Below, one piece after another: positions 25,538-37,655 of a DNA stretch of 64,000 nucleotides; positions within the stretch are counted from its first letter, which is position 1, and every line of letters starts with the position of its first letter. This DNA comes from Selaginella moellendorffii (Eukaryota; Plantae; Lycopodiophyta): contig NW_003314351.1 of NCBI RefSeq assembly GCF_000143415.4, positions 56,431 through 120,430 of the forward strand, given 5' to 3'. Under the pieces are notes generated by a model. The model saw only the letters and a program-made list of their open reading frames with translations. It ran no database searches and was not told the DNA's origin. Both the position numbers and the translations under genes were made by a program.

Positions 25538-27746
25538 TTAGAGTTGCTTTACGAGCTCTTTTCTTAGGATTTTTCCAGACGCTGTTTTGGGAATGGCGTT
25601 TGTGAATGCTACTCTCCTCACTCGCTTGTAAGGCGCAACCTTTAGAAGATAGAAAAGAAGAGAAAGTGCTACAGTGAAATTATAAGTTTATATAGTCGTG
25701 ACTTACGTGCTCGGCAACGAAAGCTTTCACTTGGTCCTCTGTCAAGTTGCCATCCAGCGAAGGGACGATAAAAGCCATTGGAATTTCACCAGTTTCCGTG
25801 CTCTTGTACCTATAAAGGAAAAGAGGTGATGATAGAACAAAGAAGAACTTAGGAAAGAAATCACATACGGTATCACAGCAGCGTCCAAGATCTGAGGATG
25901 TGACAATAGCAGTGCTTCAAGCTCCGCGGGAGCAACCTGTTGTTAAAACAAGAAAAAATAGTTTTTTCTTGAAGGATAGCCAAGAACTTGGAACTTGGAC
26001 TTGAAACTAGATCTGAGAGATCACACACCTGGAGAGCTTTGTACTTGATGAGTTCCTTGATCCTGTCAACGACAAACAAGTTCCCGAGCTCGTCGAAGAA
26101 GACGAGATCTCCTGTACGAAGCCAGCCTTGAGGATTCATGGTAGAGCTCGTTGCTTGAGGATCGTTCATGTAACCTGCGAGAGAGCTTTGTAGATTTGTA
26201 TTGATCAATTAGTGGTTTTCAGCGAGCTCGTGAAGCAATATTACCGATCATTGTTGTTGGACCTCGAACCAGAAGCTCTCCTTTGTGATTTGGAGGCAAA
26301 GGCTGGCTGGTTTCCACGTCCACGACTTTGGCCTCCATGTCCGAGAGCATCGTTCCCACGGAAGCTGCTAGATTCTCATTTTCTCTAGAATCCTTGATCA
26401 GCGTGAGAGCTCCAGTGACTTCTGTGAGACCATATATCTGAAATGAGAGATTTCTTTGTGATTTCAAGATTTCTCAAGATCATAGTGTACTTGCGAGAAG
26501 GACGTGTTTGGAAAGTATTTGTAGCACGTCTCGATCAATTCCTTGCCTAGTGGAGCAGCTCCACAGAGAATGTTTTGCAAAGAGGAGAGATCATATCTTA
26601 AGCTTCCATTGTTCTGCAAGAACACGAACATTTATTCAAGTAGCAACTTGAAAAAAGCTTGCAAACCTTTTGGAGAGTTTTAGCGAGAGCCAAGACCACC
26701 GGAGGAACTACATAGATGTGAGAAATATGGTAGCGTTCGATCGCAGCAAGCATCCCTGACAGCTCAAATCCTCGAAGAACTACCGTTTGGTTTCCACGGT
26801 AGAGCTGCTGGAGCGTGATCACCACCGAGCCAAATATGTGAGACATTGGCAAAGCGCAGAGATGAACCTCCTGCTCGATGATGTTTCCAAGATCTGGGCC
26901 TTGATGATCGCAAGAACTGGCTAGCTGCATGATCTGCGAGCAAATGTTTGCATGAGAGAGCACCACTGCTTTGCTCATGCCAGTGGTTCCAGACGAGTAG
27001 AGCACGGCTGCTGGATCATGGAGGCTCCGGTTCTTCTTGCCAGAGTTTAAGGAGGAGACCGACGAAACTTTCTCCAGGATCGTCGAAAGTAGCACAACGC
27101 TGGGTTGTTCTTCGCCATGATCAGAGGAAGAAGCATCGTTGTTATAGTCGATGACAATCGCTGGGAGACTCAAGCCTTCGATCTTAAACAGGAGATCCCG
27201 CGTGGACATGACCAGCTTCACGCTCGTGAGCATCGCTTGGTGCCGGACATCGTCGGGAGTTCCCAGAGGATTGGGAGTAGCAGCGAGAGCTCCGATGGAA
27301 GAAATAGCGAGCAGCGCAACAGGATAGTAGAGCGAGTTTGGAGCCAGGAGCATGACAACGTCGCCGTGCTCCACACCAAGATCAACGAGTCCCTCCGCGA
27401 GCTTGAAGACGAGCCTCTCGAGCTCGCCATACGTGAGCTCTCGCCCGGAAACTCCATCGATCAGCGACACTCTGGATGAGAAGCTCTTCTTCTCTGAGAA
27501 GACGAAGCTCGCAATGTCAGTGATACCATCATTCCTTGAGAAGTCCAAGCTTGGCCTTTGGCTGTGGAAGATCCTCGACTGCTCGTCATAGCATTTGGAG
27601 CTCGATCGTGCTGACAGACCTCGTCGTGTGGACCTGTGATCGTAGTACGAGCCTTTCCATCGCTCTTGACGAGCGAAAAGCTTGGAGAAATTCAAAAGCC
27701 CGTGACTGCTCACGATCATAAATGTCGAGCTCGCCATGACCGCCAC
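25538..27746 (-). CDS. 4-coumarate:CoA ligase-like acyl-CoA synthetase
   Basis: [15 protein letters not shown]-binding motif, [27 protein letters not shown]; ends [18 protein letters not shown]. Confidence 0.93.
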
Positions 27747-28209
27747 TCTCTCGCCCTTTCAAAAACTATTATAAGCGTTTAGAGAGCCCGTGAAAGTGGA
27801 GTAGATCGATCTGATGCGGCGTCTCAAGTGGTCTGACACACCTAGAAATGACTTTGTTTCACGTGAGGCTTGCGTAACTCTTAGTTTTTTGGGTGTCAAA
27901 ATGGCAGGATAAAGTTTTCCCAGGCTATTATATCATCTACTTCGAAATACTTCACAATTTTCAAACCTGTCGATACAAGCCATTACCTCAATACTATAGC
28001 CTAGCTTGACAGCAATCTTCTTTTTCTAGTGGGTTTCAATCACAGTGAACCTTGTCAAGTCTAAAACAGAGCGTACACTGGAGTAAAATCGGTGTTGTTG
28101 TGAAACCACACACGAGTTTCCTGCAGATTGCGATGAGTGTGATGAGTGTGAGATTTGCAACGAAGTCTTTATAGAACAATCGTGCTCATCTGGGACTCTA
28201 TAACCTTTC

Positions 28210-28234
28210 CCTCTCTCTCTCTCTCTCTCTCTCA
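28210..28234. repeat. (CT)n microsatellite
   Basis: ctctctctctctctctctctct. Confidence 0.9.
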
Positions 28235-28602
28235 CTCACCATAAGAACTGTTCACCGCAGACATTGACTTTCCAAGCGTAGAAAATCATAAAGTAGACGA
28301 CGACGAGGAATAATCGGCGTGGAAGAATCGATGACAGGGCTCTCTAGAAAACGAGAGAACATAGTTTATAAAGGTATTGTATTAAACTAGGTGATGCTTA
28401 CCTCCTCGGTCGCGAAAGTGGTAATCAAACTCATCCGGCGAAGGCGTGTCATCTCTCCGGAGAAGTATCGGCGAGTGCGGTTTAATCTAGCTCCACGTAA
28501 CACGCTCCGCTAAAAATCACAGAAGGACGCTTCTTAGCATTAGAGAACGAGAGAAAATGGCAGCATACCTGCAAGCCGTCGTCGAGAAGCCAATAGTCCT
28601 TT

Positions 28603-29844
28603 CTAGCCGCAACTGAGCCTGCGTTTGGCTGCTTTACTCCGGAAGCACCACACCTCAAACGCTTCGCTTAGATCGGGATAGCTCGCCCTCTCGTTCTTGA
28701 GCCACTCGGCCAAGATCACGCCTTGATCGTCCGACGGCAGTGACAAAACGAGGGAGTTTATGGCGGCCTCGATGCTGTTGTAAAGCAGCATCGTCTCTTC
28801 CACGCACTCGGCTTCCAGCAGCACCATCTTCATGTCTCTCACGAAAGGAAGCCAAGCTTTCACGAGCCCAGTCCTTTGAGTTGGCGGTATCAAAACGTTG
28901 CCATAGCCGACGGCTTCCAAAACCTTTGAGGTGATCTCCATCACCTTGAGTTTGATCCCACTGCTCAAGGCTGGGTCCTGGAAGACGAAGACGATCTCCG
29001 GGGAGAAGTCCGACCAGGCCAAAACAAGTTCGTCGAGCGAGCCAAGCCTCGACAGAACACGCGAGGCCCAAGAAACGTCCGCTAGCTTTTCCAGAATAGC
29101 GTCTTCGAAGGTTTCAGCACCACCGCCCTCGATCGTGATCACGTCCTTGAAACGATGGAAGAGCTCGCAGAATTTTTCCCGAAACGCAGACTTGATCTGG
29201 CTGTCGGAAGTGATGAGCGGAGCGTCGTCGTCTTCCACCAGCATGTACTCGATTTGCTCCTGCGCGGAAACTTTGCGCTTGATCGAGACGCCGGCATCGC
29301 TCTCCCGGGTAGCAGCGATGATCGCCGAGAGAAAAACTTCTCGCACCACAGCACTGTCCACTGTCCGCAACCTGGCTAGAACCGGATCATCGCTGGAGCA
29401 AATGCCCGCGGACAATGCCTGTAACATCTCCTCCTCCTCACCCTCGTTCCATGAAACTCCCTCTAGAAACGTGAAGCATTTCTCGACGATGGCCTCGCAC
29501 CCCAGCTCCGTGGCAACTTTCGCCACGCCGATGGTCGTCTTCACGTTGCAGCATTCCTCTGCCACGATCCCGCAGGAACCAGAGGAGAAATCCTCCTGCA
29601 TTGCATAGAAAATCCGGAAAAGAATCACGTAGTAGTCGAAATCTTCCTCGCAGCACCCCAGCAGGATGGAATCGCTGCCCTTGGCAAGATTTGCCGCCAA
29701 GCAGCTGCTGCGAGGCCGGAGCACCGCCGAGTGAGCGTAGAAGCTACAATCCCTGCCGGGAGTCCCGACGCGCACAATCACGTCGCTAGTGCTGCGATCC
29801 CCGAGCTTGAGAATCTCCCTCTCCCCGGCGCCTCCTATCCCCAT
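28603..29844 (-). CDS. Plant BTB/POZ domain protein (At3g05675-like), single coding exon
   Basis: GDRSTSDVIVRV, FLEGVSWNEGEEE, VGYGNVLIP, YPDLSEAFEVWCFRSKAAKRRL. First in-frame ATG at 29844. Confidence 0.9.
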   Translation of the reverse strand: MGIGGAGEREILKLGDRSTSDVIVRVGTPGRDCSFYAHSAVLRPRSSCLAANLAKGSDSILLGCCEEDFDYYVILFRIFYAMQEDFSSGSCGIVAEECCNVKTTIGVAKVATELGCEAIVEKCFTFLEGVSWNEGEEEEMLQALSAGICSSDDPVLARLRTVDSAVVREVFLSAIIAATRESDAGVSIKRKVSAQEQIEYMLVEDDDAPLITSDSQIKSAFREKFCELFHRFKDVITIEGGGAETFEDAILEKLADVSWASRVLSRLGSLDELVLAWSDFSPEIVFVFQDPALSSGIKLKVMEITSKVLEAVGYGNVLIPPTQRTGLVKAWLPFVRDMKMVLLEAECVEETMLLYNSIEAAINSLVLSLPSDDQGVILAEWLKNERASYPDLSEAFEVWCFRSKAAKRRLSCG

Positions 29845-29996
29845 CTCGATCTCCACATATTTCGATCGATTCGACGATCTAGAGGCCCCTGCTGCGCGCG
29901 ATCGGCCGGGCCAGAGACGCCATACCTTGCTCCCTTCGTTCGCTCGCGCGTAAACCCTAGGTAGTTCGCTACAGGGGATAAAATGTGCTTTAAAAT

Positions 29997-30110
29997 GGTC
30001 AAGAGGTCAACGGCCTAAAATTGTCAACGTATATTAGTCAACGAGAGGGATATTCTTGTTCAAAAGCTAGAAAAGTCAATGAGTCAACGCATTTATACTG
30101 GCCAGTCAAC
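29997..30110 (-). promoter_or_regulatory. Cluster of 7 W-box cores (6 full TTGACY) in the BTB promoter
   Basis: ggtcaa twice, tgtcaa once and agtcaa four times within about 115 bp, all in the same orientation. Confidence 0.65.
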
Positions 30111-30305
30111 GAGCGGGATGGTTTTGTTCTTGTGAAATTCAATACAAGACCACTGCCTCGATTCTTCCAACCAGTTTTTAGTCGGCAAGTAGACCACTGG
30201 TCTTTAATGCTAGCTTCTCTCTCTCCCTCTCTTTTTTTCTCCTTTCTTTTGTCTTCCTATCGATCTCGTTGTCGTCGAATCTTTGTAGAACGAGCTCAGC
30301 TCTCC

Positions 30306-33300
30306 TCAAACCTTGGAGAAATCAAAGGACTTCTTGACGAACTTCGAGGCCATGGAATGGCAGCGATAGCCCAGCGCGGTGGCGAGCACATTCGTGTTCG
30401 TCAAGTGCTGGAGACCCTGCGGCACCGGCGGCGACTTGGACGACTTTGTGAACATCACCCGGAGATTGGCCTCGAAATCCACCACCGCCATAAAGCCTCC
30501 ACCGCTGCTCGGCGATGACGACGAGTCCCTGCTCTCTTCTTCGTCCGCCTCGATTTGCTCTTGCTTTGCCGGCTTGATGAGCAGTAGCTTGAGGAAATCC
30601 AGCACTGGCTCCGCGGTCCTGTCCACGAGATCGTCCTGCAGGCCCTCTCCTCCGGCCTTGAACAGTTCCACCAGGTAGTCAAACTCTTCCTCGTACATCT
30701 CCACCTCGGGAGCTTCCACCGCGTGGAGCTTGCTCTGGTGCGAGGCCACCTGGACAAACGCCTCAAACGAGGCCTTCATGATGTGCTTGACTAGCCGGTC
30801 CCGGAGCCAGTCGGAGCTCGACTCCGCCACCTTCAAGAGCTGCGTGTTGAGATAGTCGATGGCCGGCTTGATCCTGTAGTGCTTGCTGCTGTACATCACC
30901 TCCCAGTGCTTGTCTCGCATGTCGCAAAAGACCATCTGGTACGCGATGAACTCGCAGAGCTTCTGGATGCCGTTTTGACAGTAGTGCCGGGCCCCCGAGA
31001 ACTTGACGTCTTCGTTTGCTTCTAGTTTGGTGCCGCTTGTCAGCTCCTGCCACCCGTAGCGGATCTTCTTCTCCAGGAACTCCATCTGTGTCTCGATGTA
31101 GTAGAGCGTGTTCATGCGCACGCACAGGTGCTCCACATCTGTCGCGGCGACGTCGTCACCCGCATCAGCCTCGTTTAGCTGCGGCCAAACTTTGTTCCTG
31201 TACAGTGTCAGTGTCTCCGACCTCTTCTTCCAAACTTCGCCGACTCTGTTGAGTAGCGACGATGACTTGAGGAGCGACGGCGTCAGGATTTTCCGTTCCG
31301 AGAATAAATTAACCTCCTTTGGCTCTAGAATGCAACAAGAAGACAAGAGTTAGCTTGACAAATTTGATAGTGCTAGAAAACAAAAGAGCAGTCTTACCGC
31401 ATCCGGCCACTGTTAAAAATGCGTAGCGCTCCAGAACCGAGCTTACTCCAGAGATAAGATTCCGAAGAAAGTTCGGGTTCTCATATACTGGAAGCGCAAA
31501 AAATGCGTCTAGTAAGTCCTCCACCATTCGTAATACTTCCACTCCAGACATCGCATAGTGTTCTCGCAAAGCGTCGGAACTCCAATCCTGTAAAAGCATT
31601 ATCGTGAGGCCACTGCACAAGACAAAAAAAAGAACTTGCCTCTTGCTGAACATTCCGGTGCACCCATTCCGCTAGCTTTTGTAGATTCTCCTCGAGCCAG
31701 TCACTTACCAGCTTGTCAATTGCCGCATCTGCAGCAATTGAGCTACCGTGAGTGAACTCGCCAGAATTCAAGCTGCTTTCCGAGCACATCCGCATTAGTT
31801 TCTTCTCCAGCATGGCGGCCGATTCCAGAGCTCGCAGCACATCCTTCGTCGGCTCGGTAGACTTCGACATGAAATACTTTAGCTCTCGGGTATAGCAAGT
31901 GTGCAATGTAGACGCGGCCAGCCTTGCTGGACACGGATGCCACTGCTTAAATATAGGCGAGAAGTTCTCCTCTTCATCCGAAGCAAGCTGAGCTACGTTC
32001 TTTGCGAGCTCGACTAGCGCAGTAGAGCAAACTTGGCCACATTCGCCCAGCACATTATTGTACACCTGAATCAAAACAGAAAACGATAAGAAACTTTTAT
32101 GTCGGCCGAAAAGTCAGCATGATTGAGACTTACCTGAGTGAAGCATGCTTGTACAGATCCTTGGATATATTCATCCGATCGAAGTCTTGCTATATGGCTA
32201 TTGATCTCTCCGGCTTCCTGTAGAACGTGCTCATTAAGCACTTCGTCCACGAGAATAGAGAGTGACGCCAAACCGTCCATCGCCCTCACTTCCTTCTTTG
32301 TAAAGTGTACGTGATAGGAAAGTAGCCTCATCTCGGACCACCCCTGTATGCTTGTGAGTACCGACGAAAGAAGATCCGATTGCAAGGACGTCTCTCCGGG
32401 ATGAGATCTCCTGGCCTCTCTCAACTCCACCTCTGCTGTTCTCAGCAGCTCGGCTTCCACCTGACCCGTTACAATGAACTGCCGGAAGAGAACCCACATG
32501 AAGCACACATGGTGCAAAAACTCTGTAATCCCCAGAATTCCCCAAGTCTTCTTTACCAGGTCCATCATCTGGTCGATCTCAAAAATAAAGGAGCCTTCTT
32601 CCAAGCTGTCGAACAGAGATCTGAGCAGCATATCGTAGAGGTGAACGTTGAGTGGAAAACCACTCGCCCAGTGGCATTCATCACCCCCTGCCAACCCCGT
32701 AGATGCCGCTCGCAAAGCCTGTATACCTTCCTTGAGCTTTGAGCCTCTGGACTGTCTATCTCTAATGTCAGACACCGCCTTTCGGAACTGCGCTGCGAAA
32801 GCATCAGAGCTCTCGTGAACTCTAGCCGGATAAACCAAAAGACCAGCCTCAAGCACCGTCAGCTGACGCTTCTGCCACTTTCGGTACTCTTGGGAGTTTG
32901 AAAAATCGGAGGAGCTGAGGTTGGCCAGGAGCTCGAGAGGAACCAGCAGAGCTTCAAGACGATTTCCCGACTGATTCAAGAAGAAAAAGCAAACTTTGCA
33001 TCAGTCAAGCAATATTTGTCAAAGGACCAGGTCTTACATGCTCAGCCGCTCTCGAGAGTGCCTTCCTGATGCGTCCATCCCTGCGCTCGGAGATCTCCAT
33101 TTGGGACCTTGCGATGTCGAGGTCCCTAGAGTGCGAATCCACCCCGCCTCTTCTTCTCGATTTGATTGTCAGTGCCTTTTTGAGGCGGCGCACTGCGAAG
33201 TGAGCGGGCGAGTGTGGCGATCCAGGTGACTTCGAACCAGCAGCAGCACTAATGGCCTCGTTCACCACAGTCGCACATACGAGTACTTCATAGGCAGTCT

Positions 33301-33466
33301 CTCGAAGATCACTGGCAGACAAATCCACTTCGAGGCCTGGAAATGGGGACTCAACTTCGTCCACGGACATGAGCCCCTCCTCCCTGCTTCTCATACTTGA
33401 CCATGTTCTTGATCTCATGCTGCCCCCAGGCTCCCCCTCCGACCATCTGTCCGAATCCATAGCCAT
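30306..33466 (-). CDS. DUF810/Munc13-like (PATROL1 family) protein
   Basis: LSASDLRETAYEVL, LLVPLELL, CHWASGFPLNVHLY, EENFSPIFKQWHP, LCVRMNTLYYI, LGYRCHSMASKFVKKSFD. Short introns. Confidence 0.9.
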
Positions 33467-34569
33467 AGCGAGCTCTTCCCGGTCGAGGACGCCGAATTGC
33501 CTAGAGAACCTGAATCATCATCGCCCAAGAACGCTCATCCCGGATCGAGAGAGCCTGGGCTGGACGGGCGGAGACGAATCCGGAGGATCTTTAGCCAGGG
33601 AAATAAAAATATTTCTCAGCGGCAGCGCTGCCCGTCGGGGCGATCGATCCTCGTCGCGGCCAAGGGATGACACCTCCAGCCAAGAATGCCCCTAGGCAAT
33701 GCCGCCGCTGCGTGGAGCCAAAGATCAAAGATCAGCCATGGAACAGTTACCGTTGAAGATCAACACGGCAGTGCCGCATATGCGACCGATTCTTCCACCG
33801 CAACAGTGGCAGCACCTTGTTGTCAACCCTGGGATCAATCACAGGACGCAAGCGCGCCGATCCTGCGCCGCTGCCGACGATCCGGAAGGGATATTACCCT
33901 CGCTGATGCAAGGATCGACGCCATCGCGATCGATCACGCTCCTCCTCCGCGCCGCTTCATCGCTGCCAAGAGCCCTAGCTTTAGGCCTCGCGAGAGCGTG
34001 GACAAAACAACAAAGGATGGTCACACAAAACAGCATAGGAAGAGCGTGTTTGACGGCTGCCCGTCACTTCCCGTCAAAAGACCACGTGGCCACATGGCAA
34101 CGGTCAGATGTGCCAGATAGGACGCGCGGGCCGGAAAAGTCGGCCGGATATTCTCGAGTAAAAGCCAAACGGGCGGCTGGCGTGTCCGCGTATTAGCCGT
34201 CCGATCGCCATGGCATTTGGTACTTTTCCGCGTGTGAAAACGTCAACGCCCGGCACGGCATTTACGTGCCCGTCAAGTTGGCTATGGCGGAGTGGATATA
34301 CCCTGTGCAAATCACTCAATCCGGGGAATATTTCTCTATATAATAACTACCTGGCATGGCGATGGCCACGCTTTGTATCAGCTGACACATTAGCTAGGCT
34401 TTGTCCCCCAGTTCTTACACAATGGGTGATTTTGAAAGGATTTCTAAGGCTTGCTCGATCATAGCGTACTCCACTCTACAATAATAAGCTAGCGTGATGA
34501 CGTTGACAGGTTTGTTTCTACATTACAATGGTAAAGATAGAGAAAGGTGAAAAGGTTTAGGGTATCTCT

Positions 34570-36600
34570 TTCGATATGGAGTAGAAGAGCGATGGCGCTC
34601 GCTTTGTAAGTGGCAATGCGGAGGATTTTCTCGTAGATTTATCGTTCCAGTGATTGTGTTTCAGGCCGCTGGGATTCGACACGCGTGGCGCATTGAACAA
34701 GAGCGGCTATGGCGATTCGGCGATCCGATTTGGAGGTAAGTGTTAGTTTTTCAAGGAAAATCCCCGCCTTGTTCACGATCGAGACGCTCATCCTTCTTTG
34801 ATTTCTACAGAGAACTTCCGACCAGACAAATGCTCGACGCGTCCGATCTCGTTCGTTTTCCTGTCAATGAAACAGTAAAGTTTGAGACGCTTGCATCTCA
34901 TGTTCTCACAAGTGGTCTTTGGACCTTCCCAGGTACTTTTAAGTAGCATAACTCCACAGCATTGGTTTCCAAGGTGGAAGAAATTCTTGGGAGTTCCAAA
35001 GAAGCCACGCTGAGTTCTACACTAAACCTGAGTGCTGGAAGCTGGGTTTGCGTAGCTGGATGGTTTTTCGTTTAAGCTCGCTAGCAGCAGCGTCGAGAAT
35101 TTGGAACGAACTCTCACTGGTGATATATGTCGGTATCAGATGTTTGAGGAGGTGCTGCAGTGCATTAAGGTATGCTTTCTTTCACTATGAATACTTCAGT
35201 TTACTGACTTTGTGGACTGTCAGGGTGTTTCATTGCAAATCCGAACGATGTTTGCTTATTTGAATAACTCTCAAGTGAAAGCCGTATCGAGCACCGTTGC
35301 GGCACTTGAGGAGAACGGAGAGCCTTACGAGGGCTAATACAAGGACCACCAGGTACGGGTGTTGTTAGCTGTTTTACTCTCAGTGTTTTAAAATTCGGGA
35401 AGGCAAGTACTAATTTGGCGCTCCCACCAATATGGCTATGCTGGAAGTTAGTTCACACTTGGTGAAGGTGAACGGCAGCTCCTGCACTACTGTTTGACAG
35501 GCATGGTAGATTCTCGCGACGTTTTCTAGACTTCGTGCGGAGGAGTTTGATAACCTCGGACACGAACTACTTGGGACTATTGAGCTTTTTATACAATAAT
35601 CTGCCGAGAATCGAAAACGCTATTACGAAGCTTACAGGACTTATCAGCACCAATGCCGGGTCGTTTTTGGTCCCGCAAAAGTAATGAAATGGCCAGCCTT
35701 GAGCATCCAGTCAACAGCGTTAAAATTTGATATCACCAACTGTTACCTCCTCCTGTAATCAGCAAGGTATGCTTCGTGCATTGATATCGTGTTATAAAAG
35801 CTTGTGTCTCCGCAGAGTCACAGAATGCTGGATGTATGGGCGAGACTCCACGGCCATCTACAGGTTCTCGAACTATAGTTTTACCTGCGGAAAGTTCAAG
35901 ATTGCCCGAATGTCATCTTGAGTTCTGCCATACAAGTTCACAGCGATAGGCAAACGAGGGAACTCTTTAAAGCCTGCCGAAGTCTTTCCAAAGTGACAAG
36001 AGGTACGAATCTTCTTGTCAGCTGGTTGACGTTCTAATGCGAGCTTTTACAGAATCTACTGCAATCTTGAGGTTGGAATAATCTCACATATAAAAGTCAA
36101 GTACATGCATAAATGCTCGACTAGATTTCCTTTTCGGAGGCTGAAACTGTGGACGAAATGGATATAGTGATTTATCCACTGTGCTTTTTGGAAGATTATC
36201 GACGTCTGAAAGTCGCGATAACTCGAGCAAAAGGTACTACATTCCGGTTTACGTATACTGGTCTTAAACTGTTCCTAAGCAGGCGGACGTCGGCCCTGCG
36301 GTGCTCCAGAGCTTACGTCTTTTGCTTCGTCCCGGATCCTCCATTTTGGACTTACTTCCACGGGTGTTTGAAAGCGTTGATGGCTTGCTCTCAAGGAAGA
36401 CTTGCCACGGGTCATGACTTTAACAGAAGATCCTTTCGTGACAAGCAGTGCTACTGCTGAACGACGACGGCAGCGAGCAGACAAAGAGCTCGGGTTTCCT
36501 GTTTCAGCAGAAAACGATGGAAAACCTGGCAAGAACATCTGTATTATATCAAAGACAAGATGCTCGAACAAGTAGGATTTGATCGAGAGCGTTGCATGGT
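34570..36600 (+). pseudogene. SF1 (UPF1/SEN1/DNA2-NAM7 family) helicase pseudogene
   Basis: Walker A GLIQGPPGTG (35331-35360), HQLLPPPVISK (motif III-like), AIYRFSNYSF, DEMDIVI and FLEDYRRLKVAITRAK (motif VI). Many stops and deletions. Confidence 0.75.
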
Positions 36601-36746
36601 AAGAAACTAGTTTTATTTCGACGATTTAGCATTTCTACACTCGAACATGTTTGTGTTTGAAGAAAAGAAATAGTGCCTGCGTAGAGTAGAGCTCTTGGGG
36701 GATTGTTCTTTCATCAGAACAGAAACGAAAAAAAAATAGACCTTCT

Positions 36747-37419
36747 CTACGCTACGTACGTGAGAATCGCTGGTAGAACGAGTGCTACTGCCAGATGATA
36801 AAGCTTTGGGATCGTCATGGAGGTGGAGGATGGTGTAGGCGCTGGGGGAGCGTCTGCAAAGCAAAAGCCTTGAGGAAGAAAAGAAGGAAAACTAGAGGGA
36901 CTTTACCTCCTCCTGGAATCATCGGTGGCATTCCTGGCATCCATGGCATCGGCGGCATCTCACCTCCCGGTCCCATTCCTGGCATTGGTGCCATTCCAGT
37001 CCCTGGAAATCCTGGAAAGCCTGCGAGAAGAGAAAGCAAAAAAAAACTTTGTCAAAGAGCTTACTTGTGCTTCCACACTTACCATCACACTTGTGGACGT
37101 CCGCCTTGAGATTACAGAGCGCTGGGAGCTGCAAAGCAACAGTAGCGTTGATGTTTGGATCGTTTCTCTGCGCAGCGTCCGCGGCAACATAGCACAGGCA
37201 GATGGGATCGTCCTTCAAAAGCTCCGCAATCGCACTGCAGCACTGAGGACTGGGAGGACTCCCGCTTCCCTTCACCGCTGGCATGCATGGAAGCAACGCG
37301 ATTATGTCCGGAGCGCATTGCTTCGCATAGTCTGGAGCTTGAGCCACCTCCTCGGCCGCGCTCACTGCAGAAAGAAACGTTACGATCGCTGTGACAATCA
37401 CCAGACCTGTGACTTCCAT
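36747..37419 (-). CDS. GPI-anchored non-specific lipid transfer protein (LTPG/xylogen-like), 3 exons
   Basis: Signal peptide, 8-Cys motif (C..C..CC..CLC..C..C), Pro/Met/Gly-rich linker, hydrophobic C-tail HLAVALVLPAILTYVA*. Confidence 0.9.
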
Positions 37420-37655
37420 CTCTGGGAAATGAAATGAAGATGGTCGGTCTCAAAGCTTCGGATCTTATTGCCGCGGTAAAGGACAGCGTCGTCACCTTGG
37501 ACGTTCCGTCACAATGCCGGTTTTCTCTATGCTGAGAACATATAGGATGAAAATTATAATACGCGTGAAGGAACCAGCTCGCTCCTACTGGCAAGAAGGA
37601 AAAAGACAGTGAATTAATTTGTAAGATCTGCAAAGATGGCTACGACTACTACCTT

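Noticed and set aside
28500-28605. Stop-codon read-through of BTB into the downstream exons
   Set aside because: The read-through frame stops again after 18 codons.
33686-34464. 144-165 aa ORFs upstream of the DUF810 gene
   Set aside because: GC-rich promoter-like DNA with no protein features.
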